Of a stretch of DNA of 64,000 nt, positions 55,712-64,000 are shown in pieces (positions within the stretch are counted from its first letter, which is position 1; the number at the start of each line of letters is the position of its first letter). The translations under genes were made by a program, and so were the position numbers. Origin of the DNA: Candidatus Uhrbacteria bacterium (lineage in GTDB: Bacteria; Patescibacteriota; Patescibacteriia; UBA9934; GWF2-40-263); assembly GCA_016205975.1 (NCBI GenBank), contig JACQSK010000007.1, positions 5,328-69,327 on the forward strand. The letters are read 5' to 3'. The notes under the pieces were generated by a model. That model was not told the DNA's origin. It saw only the letters and a program-made list of their open reading frames with translations, and ran no database searches.

Positions 55712-57928
55712 TTAACGGAGGTGACTTGCCGCGATCGAATAAAGTTTCGATCCGGCTAAAAGATAAATGGTGTAGCCCGCTTCGTCAACCGCAAAGTCGG
55801 TCAGGCCTTCGAACGCGCCGGAGCGATATTGCACGACGAACTCGCCGCTCTCTTTTTCAAATACGATCAGACGGTGGGTGGCGGGTTCAAGGGCATAGAG
55901 GTACCGGCTTTCGGGATTGGTCCACAACCGGATCGCGCTGGTGAGAGGCGGATCCACCACGCCGGCATCCCAGCCGTCCTCGCTGCCGCTGGTAAACCGC
56001 GAGATCCTGCCGTTTTTCATGAGCACATACACGCTGCCGTCGATGGCCAAGGACGCGGCATTATCGAAGGAGACGGTGCGGGAGGTGATCCAGTTGGATT
56101 CGTCGTTGAACGTCGAACCGCTGCGGGAGAAGCGCAGCACCTGGCCCTCGAGTGCGGCAGAGGTCGGACGCAACACGTACAGACGGTTGGCGTAAGCCTC
56201 CAGGTCCACCCAAGAGGCGTGGCTCGCTCCCGTGGCGGTGAGCGTTCCGTCGTCTTGAGAGACAAGCGACACGGCGCCGTCATCGCCTAGAACATAGACG
56301 CGCCCTTCTTCCTCGGAGGCGGCGCGCGCGGGAGTGCCCTTGGCGTCATCTCCTACGACGACCTCGAATCGTTTCGTCTCGCGGTTGAACACATAGACGC
56401 GGCCGTCGGAACCGAACACATACAGCGCGCCCGCGCTTGAGAGCAGACTGTTGCCGAACACGCCGTCCACCACGCTCGCGAGGTCGCCCAGGAGCGGGGG
56501 ATTGGGAATGGTGACGAGGTGGCGGATTTCGTCCAGCGCGCTCTCCAGGCTGCTTTGCAGCTCTTGGGATTTGGCCTCGCGCTCAGGCGTGTCTGTGCTG
56601 AGGTTTTCGATGAGCGTCTGGGCATTCAGGTAGAGGCTTCTCGCTTGGTCTTCGTCTTTGTAGATCACGGCGCCGCCCGCGCGCTCCATGAGGTCCTCAA
56701 TGGTGACGAGACTTTCCTGGTAGGTTGTTTCCTCGGCGGTGCGCGCTTGGGAACGCGAGAGGAAGATAATGCCTACGATCAGGACGAGGACCGCCACGGC
56801 AATGCCCAGGATCAGAAACTGCGTGCCGCGCGGGACGCGTTGCGTTTGGCGGATGAGCGAGCGCAGCTGGGTCAGGCCGTGTTCCTTGCTGAATCGGATC
56901 CGTTTTTTCAGGCGTGTGCGTTCTTGTTCGCTGGCCAGGGTCTTGATGGCCGTGCGGGCGTGGTGAAAGGCGCGCTTGCCAAGGAACAGGAGGACATGCA
57001 GCAGCAGGCGGGCGATGCGTTTGAAGGTGGCAGCCGTTGAGTCGCGGGCATTCAGGTCTTGGAGGATGCGTGATTTCGAACGCGTTCGGTTTTTGGCCCA
57101 CAAGAGGACACGCTGAACCAAGGAAGAAAGTTTCGGACGCTGGTCTTCCAAGAGGTCATGGGTGGAGGACTCCATGCGTTGAAACTCTCCCACGGAGACG
57201 TCCGCCCGGAGCACGGCCGTTCGTTCGTCGTTGCCGAGCGCGTGTGCATCGGCGTCGGAAACTTTGAGTACCACGAGCAGCAGGCCGTCCTTGTGTGAGA
57301 AGTACTGACGCACTTTTTCAACCGCGCTCACCGGGGGAAGGGTGGAGAGGATCTGGTTCAGCTCGTCTGGGACGATGGCGCGCTGGAGGTCCTTGTCGCA
57401 GACGCAGAACACGTCACCCGGATGCAGGTCGCCGTCCAACACGACCGCAAAGGTTTTTTCCCAGGTGGGAAGGGACTGTTCGGTTTGGATGCCGCGGAAG
57501 AGGTTGAAGATTTGGTAGCGCTGGGAAGGTTTTTTGTGCAGGAACAGCGCCGTGAGCTCGCCGGTTCCCGACAGGAACATCTGGCGCGCGGAGGCCACGC
57601 CCACCAGCGCGTGGACGTGCTCGATAGGAAGGACGAAGCGGCCCTCGCGCACGGAGGCGGACAAGGTCTCGTTGAGCGCACCAAGGAATTGTTCAAAACG
57701 GTGTTGGGGGTTTGCCTCCTTGCCGAAGGAGTCGGCCAGGCGGTGCATTTGGTCGTTCAGGATTTGCAAGAACGCCTCTGCGTCCGCGTTGTCCTTTTTC
57801 GTGTAGCTCAACATGAACACAAAACCTCCTCGGTCTTGGACGGGGAGGAGCAGCGAAACACCCCGAATGTGTTCATCCGGAGATTGCGGTTGATAGTGTG
57901 CAGCTTTCAGCTCGGTGGCCATACCCAT
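55712..57928 (-). CDS. large bitopic membrane protein with extracytoplasmic beta-propeller-like repeat domain
   Basis: 738 aa: ~350-aa cytoplasmic N-domain, one TM helix (LILGIAVAVLVLIVGIIFL), then a C-terminal domain with recurring YVL/GxDG blocks. Confidence 0.55.
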   Translation of the reverse strand: MGMATELKAAHYQPQSPDEHIRGVSLLLPVQDRGGFVFMLSYTKKDNADAEAFLQILNDQMHRLADSFGKEANPQHRFEQFLGALNETLSASVREGRFVLPIEHVHALVGVASARQMFLSGTGELTALFLHKKPSQRYQIFNLFRGIQTEQSLPTWEKTFAVVLDGDLHPGDVFCVCDKDLQRAIVPDELNQILSTLPPVSAVEKVRQYFSHKDGLLLVVLKVSDADAHALGNDERTAVLRADVSVGEFQRMESSTHDLLEDQRPKLSSLVQRVLLWAKNRTRSKSRILQDLNARDSTAATFKRIARLLLHVLLFLGKRAFHHARTAIKTLASEQERTRLKKRIRFSKEHGLTQLRSLIRQTQRVPRGTQFLILGIAVAVLVLIVGIIFLSRSQARTAEETTYQESLVTIEDLMERAGGAVIYKDEDQARSLYLNAQTLIENLSTDTPEREAKSQELQSSLESALDEIRHLVTIPNPPLLGDLASVVDGVFGNSLLSSAGALYVFGSDGRVYVFNRETKRFEVVVGDDAKGTPARAASEEEGRVYVLGDDGAVSLVSQDDGTLTATGASHASWVDLEAYANRLYVLRPTSAALEGQVLRFSRSGSTFNDESNWITSRTVSFDNAASLAIDGSVYVLMKNGRISRFTSGSEDGWDAGVVDPPLTSAIRLWTNPESRYLYALEPATHRLIVFEKESGEFVVQYRSGAFEGLTDFAVDEAGYTIYLLAGSKLYSIAASHLR

Positions 57929-57993
57929 TTGCTCTCAACGGCTCGTTTGTGTACATTATACTCGAGTTGTTTCAAGGCGCAAATGAAGCCATT

Positions 57994-58599
57994 ATGAGTA
58001 AAAAACCGTTCAAGCTTGAACAGATGTTTGGTTCAAAGACGCGCGCGCATCTGTTGGCGCTTTTTCTTCAGCATCCCGACGAAGCCTTCTTTGTCCGCGA
58101 GCTGACGCGTCGAATCAACGCCCAGCTGAACTCCGTGCGCCGCGAGCTGAAGAACTTGGTTGACCTGAACCTCATCACAGAAAAAGTCGGGACAGACAAG
58201 CACGCCAAAAAACTTTCCGAGAAAAAAAAATACTACTGCGTGAACACGGATTTTATTCTCTACGAAGATCTGCGCTCTTTTTTTCAAAAGGTGCAGATTC
58301 TTTTGAAGCAGAATCTTGTCCAAGAGATTGAAGAGAAGGGCCGCGTCGACTACTTTGCTTTTACCGGCAGGTTCGTGGACGCACCGGATATTCCGACGGA
58401 CATTTTGATCGTGGGCGCGATCAAGCAGACGGATCTGGAAAAGATGATTGGGAAGTTCGAGGCGGAGATCCCCTATGAGATCAACTACACGCTTATGCCC
58501 AAGGATGAGTTTTTAGATCGCCGCCAGGTGGCGGACCGCTTCCTTTTTTCCGTGTTGAACGGCGAGAAGGTCGTCATGATCGATCGGCTCCATCCCTAG
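57994..58599 (+). CDS. winged-HTH transcriptional regulator fused to nucleotidyltransferase-like domain
   Basis: N-terminal ArsR/MarR-like wHTH (FVRELTRRINAQLNSVRRELKNLVDLNLI). Start set at Met33 of ORF 57898..58599. Confidence 0.5.
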   Translation: MSKKPFKLEQMFGSKTRAHLLALFLQHPDEAFFVRELTRRINAQLNSVRRELKNLVDLNLITEKVGTDKHAKKLSEKKKYYCVNTDFILYEDLRSFFQKVQILLKQNLVQEIEEKGRVDYFAFTGRFVDAPDIPTDILIVGAIKQTDLEKMIGKFEAEIPYEINYTLMPKDEFLDRRQVADRFLFSVLNGEKVVMIDRLHP

Positions 58600-58602
58600 C
58601 GT

Positions 58603-59010
58603 ATGGAACTCGCTTTGAGCGCACAGACGGTTGGGAGCGTGTCGATTGCCTTGATGGATGGCGCGCGCGTTCAAAAAAAAAGCGACGTGGACGCCGCTCC
58701 TGACCAATTCCTGAAGGCCATTGCCGAAACGCTCGGTGCCTGGGGCGTCCCCCTCTCTTCGTTCACGCGAATCGTCGTGGTGGTGGGCCCAGGTTCATTC
58801 ACCTCGTGCCGCGTCATCACAACCATCGCCAACGCGATCGGCTTTACCCAGACGATACCGGTTGTGGGTGTGGAGAATCCCGACCATCGCCCCTTGGATG
58901 AGCTTTCGATTCCGGAGGATGCCTCCGCGTTCGCCGTTCCCTCCTACGACCGTCCACCGAACATTACCAAGCCGCATTCCACCCGCATGGGGATAAATAG
59001 AGTGGAATGA
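58603..59010 (+). CDS. tsaB: TsaB/YeaZ-like protein (N-terminal domain only, truncated form)
   Basis: VGPGSFTSCRVITTIANAIG matches the TsaB glycine-rich motif. Only 135 aa versus ~230 for the full protein. Confidence 0.55.
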   Translation: MELALSAQTVGSVSIALMDGARVQKKSDVDAAPDQFLKAIAETLGAWGVPLSSFTRIVVVVGPGSFTSCRVITTIANAIGFTQTIPVVGVENPDHRPLDELSIPEDASAFAVPSYDRPPNITKPHSTRMGINRVE

Positions 59011-59072
59011 GTTGTCTTCAGGTGATACATTAAACCCAATCGTTAATTCATTTTTTTAATCAAATCCTCTCT

Positions 59073-59753
59073 ATGCCTTTTTCCTATGCCGTGCTTCAAG
59101 AGCCACTCTTAGAGCTCTGGAACACGATCGTCGCTTATCTCCCCAACGTGATCGGGGCGGTTCTCGTTTTCCTCATCGGCGTCATCGTTGCCCTGATTTT
59201 GCGCAGCGTGATTGTCAAAGTCGTCGCCGTCTTGCGCATTGACGAGCTGGCTCGCAAGCTCGAGCTCACGCATCAGTTTGAGCGCGTTGGTCTGCGCCTG
59301 CACATCGGCGGGCTGTTGGGATGGATCGTGAAGTGGTTCTTCGTCATCATCGGCCTCATTGCCGCCACGGACATCTTGGGATGGGAACAGGTGACGGATT
59401 ACTTGCAGCAGGTGGTGCTGTTCGTGCCAAACGTGATCATTGCCGTGATCATCCTGTTGGCTGGAATCTTGTTGGGCAACTTCGTGCAGAACGTCGTCAA
59501 GTCGGCCGTGGAAGCCGCGTCGCTTGCGAGCGCCGATTTCCTCTCAGGCATCGCCAAGTGGTCGATCCTCATCTTCAGCTTCATGGCGGCGTTGGTTCAG
59601 CTCCAGATTGCCCCCGAGCTCATCCGCGTGCTCTTCACGGGGCTTGTGGCTCTGTTGGCGCTGGCCGGCGGCCTGGCCTTTGGTCTGGGCGGCAAGGAAC
59701 ACGCGCATCAATTCTTGAACCGTCTGAAGAAAGATATTTCTTCCGAGCGATAA
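59073..59753 (+). CDS. membrane protein with duplicated Conserved-TM-helix (MscS-associated) repeats
   Basis: Two copies of the pattern NVIGAVLVFLIGVIVALILRSVIVKVV / NVIIAVIILLAGILLGNFVQNVVK. Confidence 0.5.
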   Translation: MPFSYAVLQEPLLELWNTIVAYLPNVIGAVLVFLIGVIVALILRSVIVKVVAVLRIDELARKLELTHQFERVGLRLHIGGLLGWIVKWFFVIIGLIAATDILGWEQVTDYLQQVVLFVPNVIIAVIILLAGILLGNFVQNVVKSAVEAASLASADFLSGIAKWSILIFSFMAALVQLQIAPELIRVLFTGLVALLALAGGLAFGLGGKEHAHQFLNRLKKDISSER

Positions 59754-61238
59754 ATGGACGACCGCTACACGTACGGAAATTTGCGTTTTTGGGAAGAGTT
59801 CCCCGGCCTCTTGGTTTGGGGGACTTTTGCTCTTGCACTCAGCTTGTCTTTCTTGCGGCCCTTATGGGTGATCGTGTTCATCCTCGTGTTTGATCTGCTC
59901 TGGCTCTACCGCGTGCTCTACTTCAATATTTTCGTTGTCATCTCTTGGAGGCGTTACCACGCCGCTGCGCGCACGGACTGGCAGAGCAAGCTTGCGGAGG
60001 TCCCTTCCTGCGCGCGCGTGCATCACCTCGTTTTTTTGCCGACCTATCAAGAGACGTATGCCATCATTCGCGAGACGCTCAAGTCGTTGAAGGAAAATCC
60101 CTTTCCCAACGATCGGATCATCGTGGTGTTGGGAGGAGAAGAAGCGGACGGGGAGGCGTTTGGCAAGCACGCACAGCGCGCCAAAAAAGAATTCGGGTCC
60201 GTGTTCAAGGAGCTGATCGTGACCGTGCACCCCAAAGGGCTCTCGGGGGAGATCCCCGGCAAGGGGTCGAACTTGAACTGGATGGGTCATCAGGTGGAAA
60301 AGGTTTTGAGTGAGACGTATCCCCACATAGCCGATGAGGATATCGTCGTTTCCGCTTTCGACGTGGATACGATCGCGCATCCGCAGTATTTTTCCTACCT
60401 TGCGTATCTCTATTGTACGGTTCCCGAACCGACGCGCAGCTCCTACCAACCCATCGCCATGTTCTCCAACAACATCTGGAGCGCCTCGGCGCCTGTCAGG
60501 ATCGCCGCGTTTGGAACGACGTTCTGGCTCTTCGGTGAGCTCACGCGCGCCGATCGGCTGTGGACGTTCTCCTCGCACTCTATGCCCTGGAAGATGTTGA
60601 AGGACGTGCGCTTCTGGCAGAAGGACATCGTGAGCGAGGACTCGCGCATCTTCATGCAGGCGTTCCTTCACTATCATGGCGACTACCGCGTGACGCCGAT
60701 GTTCCTGCCTGTCTCCATGGACGCCGTGACCGGCAAGACGTACCTGGAGTCCTTGAAGGGCCTGTATGTGCAGATGCGGCGCTGGGCGTGGGGTGTGGAG
60801 CATCTGCCGTACTTGGTGCATGGGTTCAAACGGGACAAGCAGATTTCAGGCTGGAAAAAATTCCGTTATTTTTTCAACCACGTGGAGGGGATGTACACGT
60901 GGGCCACGGCGCCTATCACGATGTTCGTCTTGGGCTGGCTGCCTCTGTGGGTCGCCAAAGGGGAAACCAATGCGCTCATCCAGGCAGCCCCGTTTACCCT
61001 GGAACAGCTCATGCAGTTTGCCATGGTCGGTATTTTGATCTCGGCCGTGATGTCCTTGACGCTTCTCCCTCGCCGTCCTCAGGAAGTGCGCAAGCATGCC
61101 TGGGTGGTGATGGGCCTGCAGTGGATCCTCTTGCCCGTGACGTTTATTTTGTTCGGTTCCTTTCCAGCGATCGACGCCCAGACGCGGCTGATGCTTGGGA
61201 AGTACTTGGGGTTTCATGTAACCAAAAAGACGAGGTAG
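59754..61238 (+). CDS. processive family-2 glycosyltransferase (cellulose/chitin-synthase-like)
   Basis: GKGSNLNW (GK[AG]GNLN-like) and QMRRWAWG (QxxRW) motifs, multi-TM. Confidence 0.7.
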   Translation: MDDRYTYGNLRFWEEFPGLLVWGTFALALSLSFLRPLWVIVFILVFDLLWLYRVLYFNIFVVISWRRYHAAARTDWQSKLAEVPSCARVHHLVFLPTYQETYAIIRETLKSLKENPFPNDRIIVVLGGEEADGEAFGKHAQRAKKEFGSVFKELIVTVHPKGLSGEIPGKGSNLNWMGHQVEKVLSETYPHIADEDIVVSAFDVDTIAHPQYFSYLAYLYCTVPEPTRSSYQPIAMFSNNIWSASAPVRIAAFGTTFWLFGELTRADRLWTFSSHSMPWKMLKDVRFWQKDIVSEDSRIFMQAFLHYHGDYRVTPMFLPVSMDAVTGKTYLESLKGLYVQMRRWAWGVEHLPYLVHGFKRDKQISGWKKFRYFFNHVEGMYTWATAPITMFVLGWLPLWVAKGETNALIQAAPFTLEQLMQFAMVGILISAVMSLTLLPRRPQEVRKHAWVVMGLQWILLPVTFILFGSFPAIDAQTRLMLGKYLGFHVTKKTR

Positions 61239-61262
61239 CCTACCTCGTCTTTTTTAAGACGG
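61233..61262. terminator. bidirectional intrinsic terminator between convergent GT2 and NUDIX genes
   Basis: aaaaagacgaggtag-c-ctacctcgtctttttt: 10-bp perfect stem flanked by A-run and T-run. Overlaps both stop codons. Confidence 0.6.
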
Positions 61263-61953
61263 TTCTCGTTTCGAACCCTCCGCGATCGGCGCGTTTTTTT
61301 GTTTGGATGAGCTGGAGCTGTTCGCGCGGTGTGCCCGTGATTGCGGTGAGGCTGTGGATGACCTCAAGTATGTCGGCGAGCTCCTCCGTATCTTCGCTTT
61401 CGAGATACTCGAGAACTTCCTCGCAGAGCTTCGCACGTAGGCGTTCTTTATATTCTTGTTCGTCTGCCGCGTAGAAGTCTGCCGTCTGGCCCTGCGCCTG
61501 GACGATCTCGACGATTTTGTCGCGTACGAGTTTGTCGTGGCAGACGTACAGCGGGTGATAACCTTGGCGCAGAAGCAAGTCCACGGGGGAGAACCGTGGA
61601 GAGGGAAGCGCCTCCCACGCAAACCACTCCCAGCCTGAACACTTATCGGGTTCACAGACGCGCGGCTCTCCCGAGGCCCAGTCGGCTCGCATGAAGATCG
61701 TGATGTAGTGCGTGCCCCATGCGGGGATCGGATCGTTGACCACGGCGGCAAAACGGACATTCTGGATTTCGATACCGACTTCCTCGCGCGTCTCCCGCCT
61801 GGCACAGTCCTCCCAGCTCTCCCCAAACTCAAGGTGCCCGCCAGACGGGCTCCATGTTCCCGCGCCGTGTGCGCCTTGCCGCATTCCCATAAGTACCTTG
61901 CCGTCTTTGACGACCAGGACGCCGATTCCTACTCTCGGTCGTTCAGCGTTCAT
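61240..61953 (-). CDS. NUDIX hydrolase fused to MazG/HisE-like NTP pyrophosphohydrolase domain
   Basis: Nudix box [26 protein letters not shown]-terminal [11 protein letters not shown] ... [13 protein letters not shown] helical all-alpha NTP-PPase-like pattern. Confidence 0.65.
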   Translation of the reverse strand: MNAERPRVGIGVLVVKDGKVLMGMRQGAHGAGTWSPSGGHLEFGESWEDCARRETREEVGIEIQNVRFAAVVNDPIPAWGTHYITIFMRADWASGEPRVCEPDKCSGWEWFAWEALPSPRFSPVDLLLRQGYHPLYVCHDKLVRDKIVEIVQAQGQTADFYAADEQEYKERLRAKLCEEVLEYLESEDTEELADILEVIHSLTAITGTPREQLQLIQTKKRADRGGFETRTVLKKTR

Positions 61954-61993
61954 ACGTTGTTTTCCTTCAGGTGTTTGTTATCATACAGCCTGT

Positions 61994-63040
61994 ATGGCCT
62001 CAACCGTGAGCATCAATATCGTGGCGTGGAACTCGATGTCCTTTATCCCGGACCTTATGAAGTCCATTATGGCCCAGACCTATCGGGACTTCAATGTGCT
62101 CGTGATTGATAACGGATCCACCGATGGCGTGGGCGCTTTTCTGCGCGAGCACTACCCGGACGCGATGACGATCAGGAACGCGCGCAACCTCGGCTTCAGC
62201 GCGGCACACAACCAAGGCATCCGCTATGCGCTTGAACACTGGGATGCGTCAGAAGCGAACGCGCGATTCATCCTGGTCACCAATCCAGACATTCTTTTGA
62301 CGCCTACCTTTTTGGAGGAGCTCATGGCCGCGGCGCGTGCGCATCCTGAGGCCGGGAGCTTCGGCGGCAAGCTCTTGCGCGCCTTTGGCGAGAACCTGTC
62401 CGATGAAGTGATGAAAGAAACGATCCACTCAGACCGGATCGACTCCACGGGCCTGCGCCCTCACCGTAATCTCACTGTTACGGATCGTGGGGCAGGGGAA
62501 TTGGATCAGGGACACTACGATGCGCTGGAACCTGTCTTTGGCGTGAGCGGCGCGCTTGCGCTCTACCGCGGCGGAGCCTTGCAGGAGGCGCGACAGGACG
62601 ACGAGATTTTTGATCAAGATTTTTTTGCGTACAAGGAAGACGTGGATCTGGCCTGGCGGTTACAGCAGCTGGGCTGGGACGCCATCTATGTCCCGCAGGC
62701 CAAAGCATATCACTATCGTGGCATGTACGGCCCGGAGAAAACCGGGATGTTCCAAAAGCTCAAAAACTGGCGCAGCAAGCCCGCTATCCGCAATTATCTT
62801 TCTACCCGCAACCACTGGCTCATGCTCATAAAAAACATCCAGCCTATCCACGCACTTCTCGCGCTCCCATGGGCGCTTCCCCATGAGGTCGCCCGCTTCC
62901 TGTATGTCGCCGTGTTCGACCAGGGTATCAAGGCATCCTTCAGCGTTCTGCGTCTTCTTCCTTCCCTGTTCAAAAAACGGAGCCTCATGCGCGCCAAGCG
63001 CAGGCGGCCGGCGCGGGAGCTCCGACGTTGGTTCATTTAG
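61994..63040 (+). CDS. family-2 glycosyltransferase
   Basis: IVAWNSMSFIPDLMKS ... VLVIDNGSTDG ... DxD region, GT2 A-fold. Start set at Met95 of ORF 61712..63040. Confidence 0.75.
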   Translation: MASTVSINIVAWNSMSFIPDLMKSIMAQTYRDFNVLVIDNGSTDGVGAFLREHYPDAMTIRNARNLGFSAAHNQGIRYALEHWDASEANARFILVTNPDILLTPTFLEELMAAARAHPEAGSFGGKLLRAFGENLSDEVMKETIHSDRIDSTGLRPHRNLTVTDRGAGELDQGHYDALEPVFGVSGALALYRGGALQEARQDDEIFDQDFFAYKEDVDLAWRLQQLGWDAIYVPQAKAYHYRGMYGPEKTGMFQKLKNWRSKPAIRNYLSTRNHWLMLIKNIQPIHALLALPWALPHEVARFLYVAVFDQGIKASFSVLRLLPSLFKKRSLMRAKRRRPARELRRWFI

Positions 63041-63054
63041 GGTATAATAGAGCC

Positions 63055-63999
63055 ATGCCTCACTCCCAAGAGTACCTCGAGCGCATCGAACCAGACGCCA
63101 TGCGTCATCATCGTGCCCGCGCGCGGACTACGCGTTTATTTTTCGTGTTCACGGCCGTGGCTGTCGCGTTCTGGATGCTCGCCGTGATCGTGAGCGCGGT
63201 TTGGGTGTTTGACCGCACGCTCACCGCGCGTGATGGTTTGCTTGCGACCCATGAGCAAGCCTTGGCGTTCTCGTTTGATGAAGCGTCAGCGTCGCTCCGT
63301 GACTCGCAGGACTCGCTCGCACAGGCGCAGCGTTTCCTGCCCGTGCTCGTTTCGGCGCGCTGGATGCCGTTTCTGGGGAGTCGCGTCGAGGCGTTTACAC
63401 GCGTCATTCGCTCAGGCCACGATACGATCGCGGCGCTCGCGCCGTTGTTTGATTTAGGCAGCGACCTCATCCAACTTTCCGGGCTCTCGCAGGAGTATTT
63501 GAAACAGATGCAGGATGGCCTTGTCCCAGGGGTCACGTTCGGTGATCTCTCCACACAGACCAAACGCGCCATTCTCCAGCGCTTGAGCGCTTCCGCGGAC
63601 GACCTGGAACTCCTTTCCGCTCAGATGGCGATCATTGAGGACGAGCTCTCCGTGCTTGTGCGGGAGATGCCCTCAGACCTTGTGCGGTCGATCACGCTCC
63701 CGTTACTCTCTGAACTGAACCGGGTCGGGAGCGAGGTGAAGCTCGTCGGTTCCTTTGCGCGGCTGCTTCCCGCCTTTGCCGGACTCGACACGCAAGCGAC
63801 CACGCTTCTCCTCTTTTTGAACAACGAAGAATTGCGTCCAGGCGGGGGGTTTATCGGTTCCTACGGCGTGCTCAAGACGTTTGGGGGAGACATCGCCGAA
63901 CTTGAGACGGAGGACGTGTACGCCCTGGACGACGCCGCCGCGGGAAAAATCACGCCCCTGATCGCCCCCTTGCCCCTGCAACGCTACAACGGTGCCACC
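63055..63999 (+). CDS. DUF4012 domain membrane protein (partial; continues beyond window end)
   Basis: Open frame from ATG 63055 to the window end, N-terminal TM helix, LLLFLNNEELRPGGGFIGSYGV matching DUF4012. A TATAAT hexamer lies 7 nt upstream of the ATG (possible leaderless mRNA). Confidence 0.6.
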   Translation, partial: MPHSQEYLERIEPDAMRHHRARARTTRLFFVFTAVAVAFWMLAVIVSAVWVFDRTLTARDGLLATHEQALAFSFDEASASLRDSQDSLAQAQRFLPVLVSARWMPFLGSRVEAFTRVIRSGHDTIAALAPLFDLGSDLIQLSGLSQEYLKQMQDGLVPGVTFGDLSTQTKRAILQRLSASADDLELLSAQMAIIEDELSVLVREMPSDLVRSITLPLLSELNRVGSEVKLVGSFARLLPAFAGLDTQATTLLLFLNNEELRPGGGFIGSYGVLKTFGGDIAELETEDVYALDDAAAGKITPLIAPLPLQRYNGAT

Positions 64000-64000
64000 A

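Overview
This looks like a moderately high-GC (~58-62%) bacterial chromosomal segment. It is built almost entirely of housekeeping genes packed into short operons that often overlap by 4 nt (ATGA). The operons and genes are secE-nusG-rplK-rplA, gyrB, ftsW, rplY, prmC, prfA, rpmE, queA, rpsB-tsf, gap-pgk-eno-gpmI (no tpi), nth, a PAP2 phosphatase, mltG, uvrD, a malic enzyme, dinB, lexA, metK, a cyclophilin, xseA-xseB, pyrH, a PP2C phosphatase, rplJ-rplL and two GT2 glycosyltransferases. Gene content (DUF4012, DUF3048, a truncated TsaB, many small membrane hypotheticals, fused nucleotide-salvage enzymes) suggests a streamlined, possibly CPR/Patescibacteria-like organism; that placement is inference only. 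No tRNA, rRNA or CRISPR array was recognised. Six things stand out. (1) An ~800-bp gene-free block at 17.2-18.0 kb carries a promoter-like sequence, UUCG-tetraloop hairpins, an RNase-P-P14-like loop and a strong intrinsic terminator, all on the minus strand. It is a candidate large structured ncRNA locus, possibly rnpB plus something else. (2) A GC-rich insertion lies between secE and gyrB. It carries an IS110-like (RuvC/DEDD plus HhH) gene preceded by a higher-order, iteron-like tandem repeat array. (3) A nucleotide-metabolism neighbourhood at 0.3-4.7 kb holds a dCMP-deaminase-N-deoxyribosyltransferase fusion, tandem HTH paralogs, an ORFan, a nested palindromic element and a dCTP deaminase with a C-terminal tail. 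(4) Three minus-strand GC3-rich ORFan genes at 43.4-46.7 kb are each followed by a terminator plus a repeated structured element. Two ~75-bp direct repeats flank the largest gene. Next to them is an overlapping operon of a RecB-like nuclease, a Cys-rich secreted peptide and a C39-like peptidase. (5) The lexA promoter contains a non-canonical inverted repeat that may be the operator. Downstream, dinB is translationally coupled to a small upstream ORF. (6) The conserved rplKAJL-rpoBC cluster is broken: rplJL sit 48 kb from rplKA, on the other strand, and are followed by a terminator instead of rpoB. All coordinates are 1-based in this window. Family calls are from motif recognition by eye only, with no database search.
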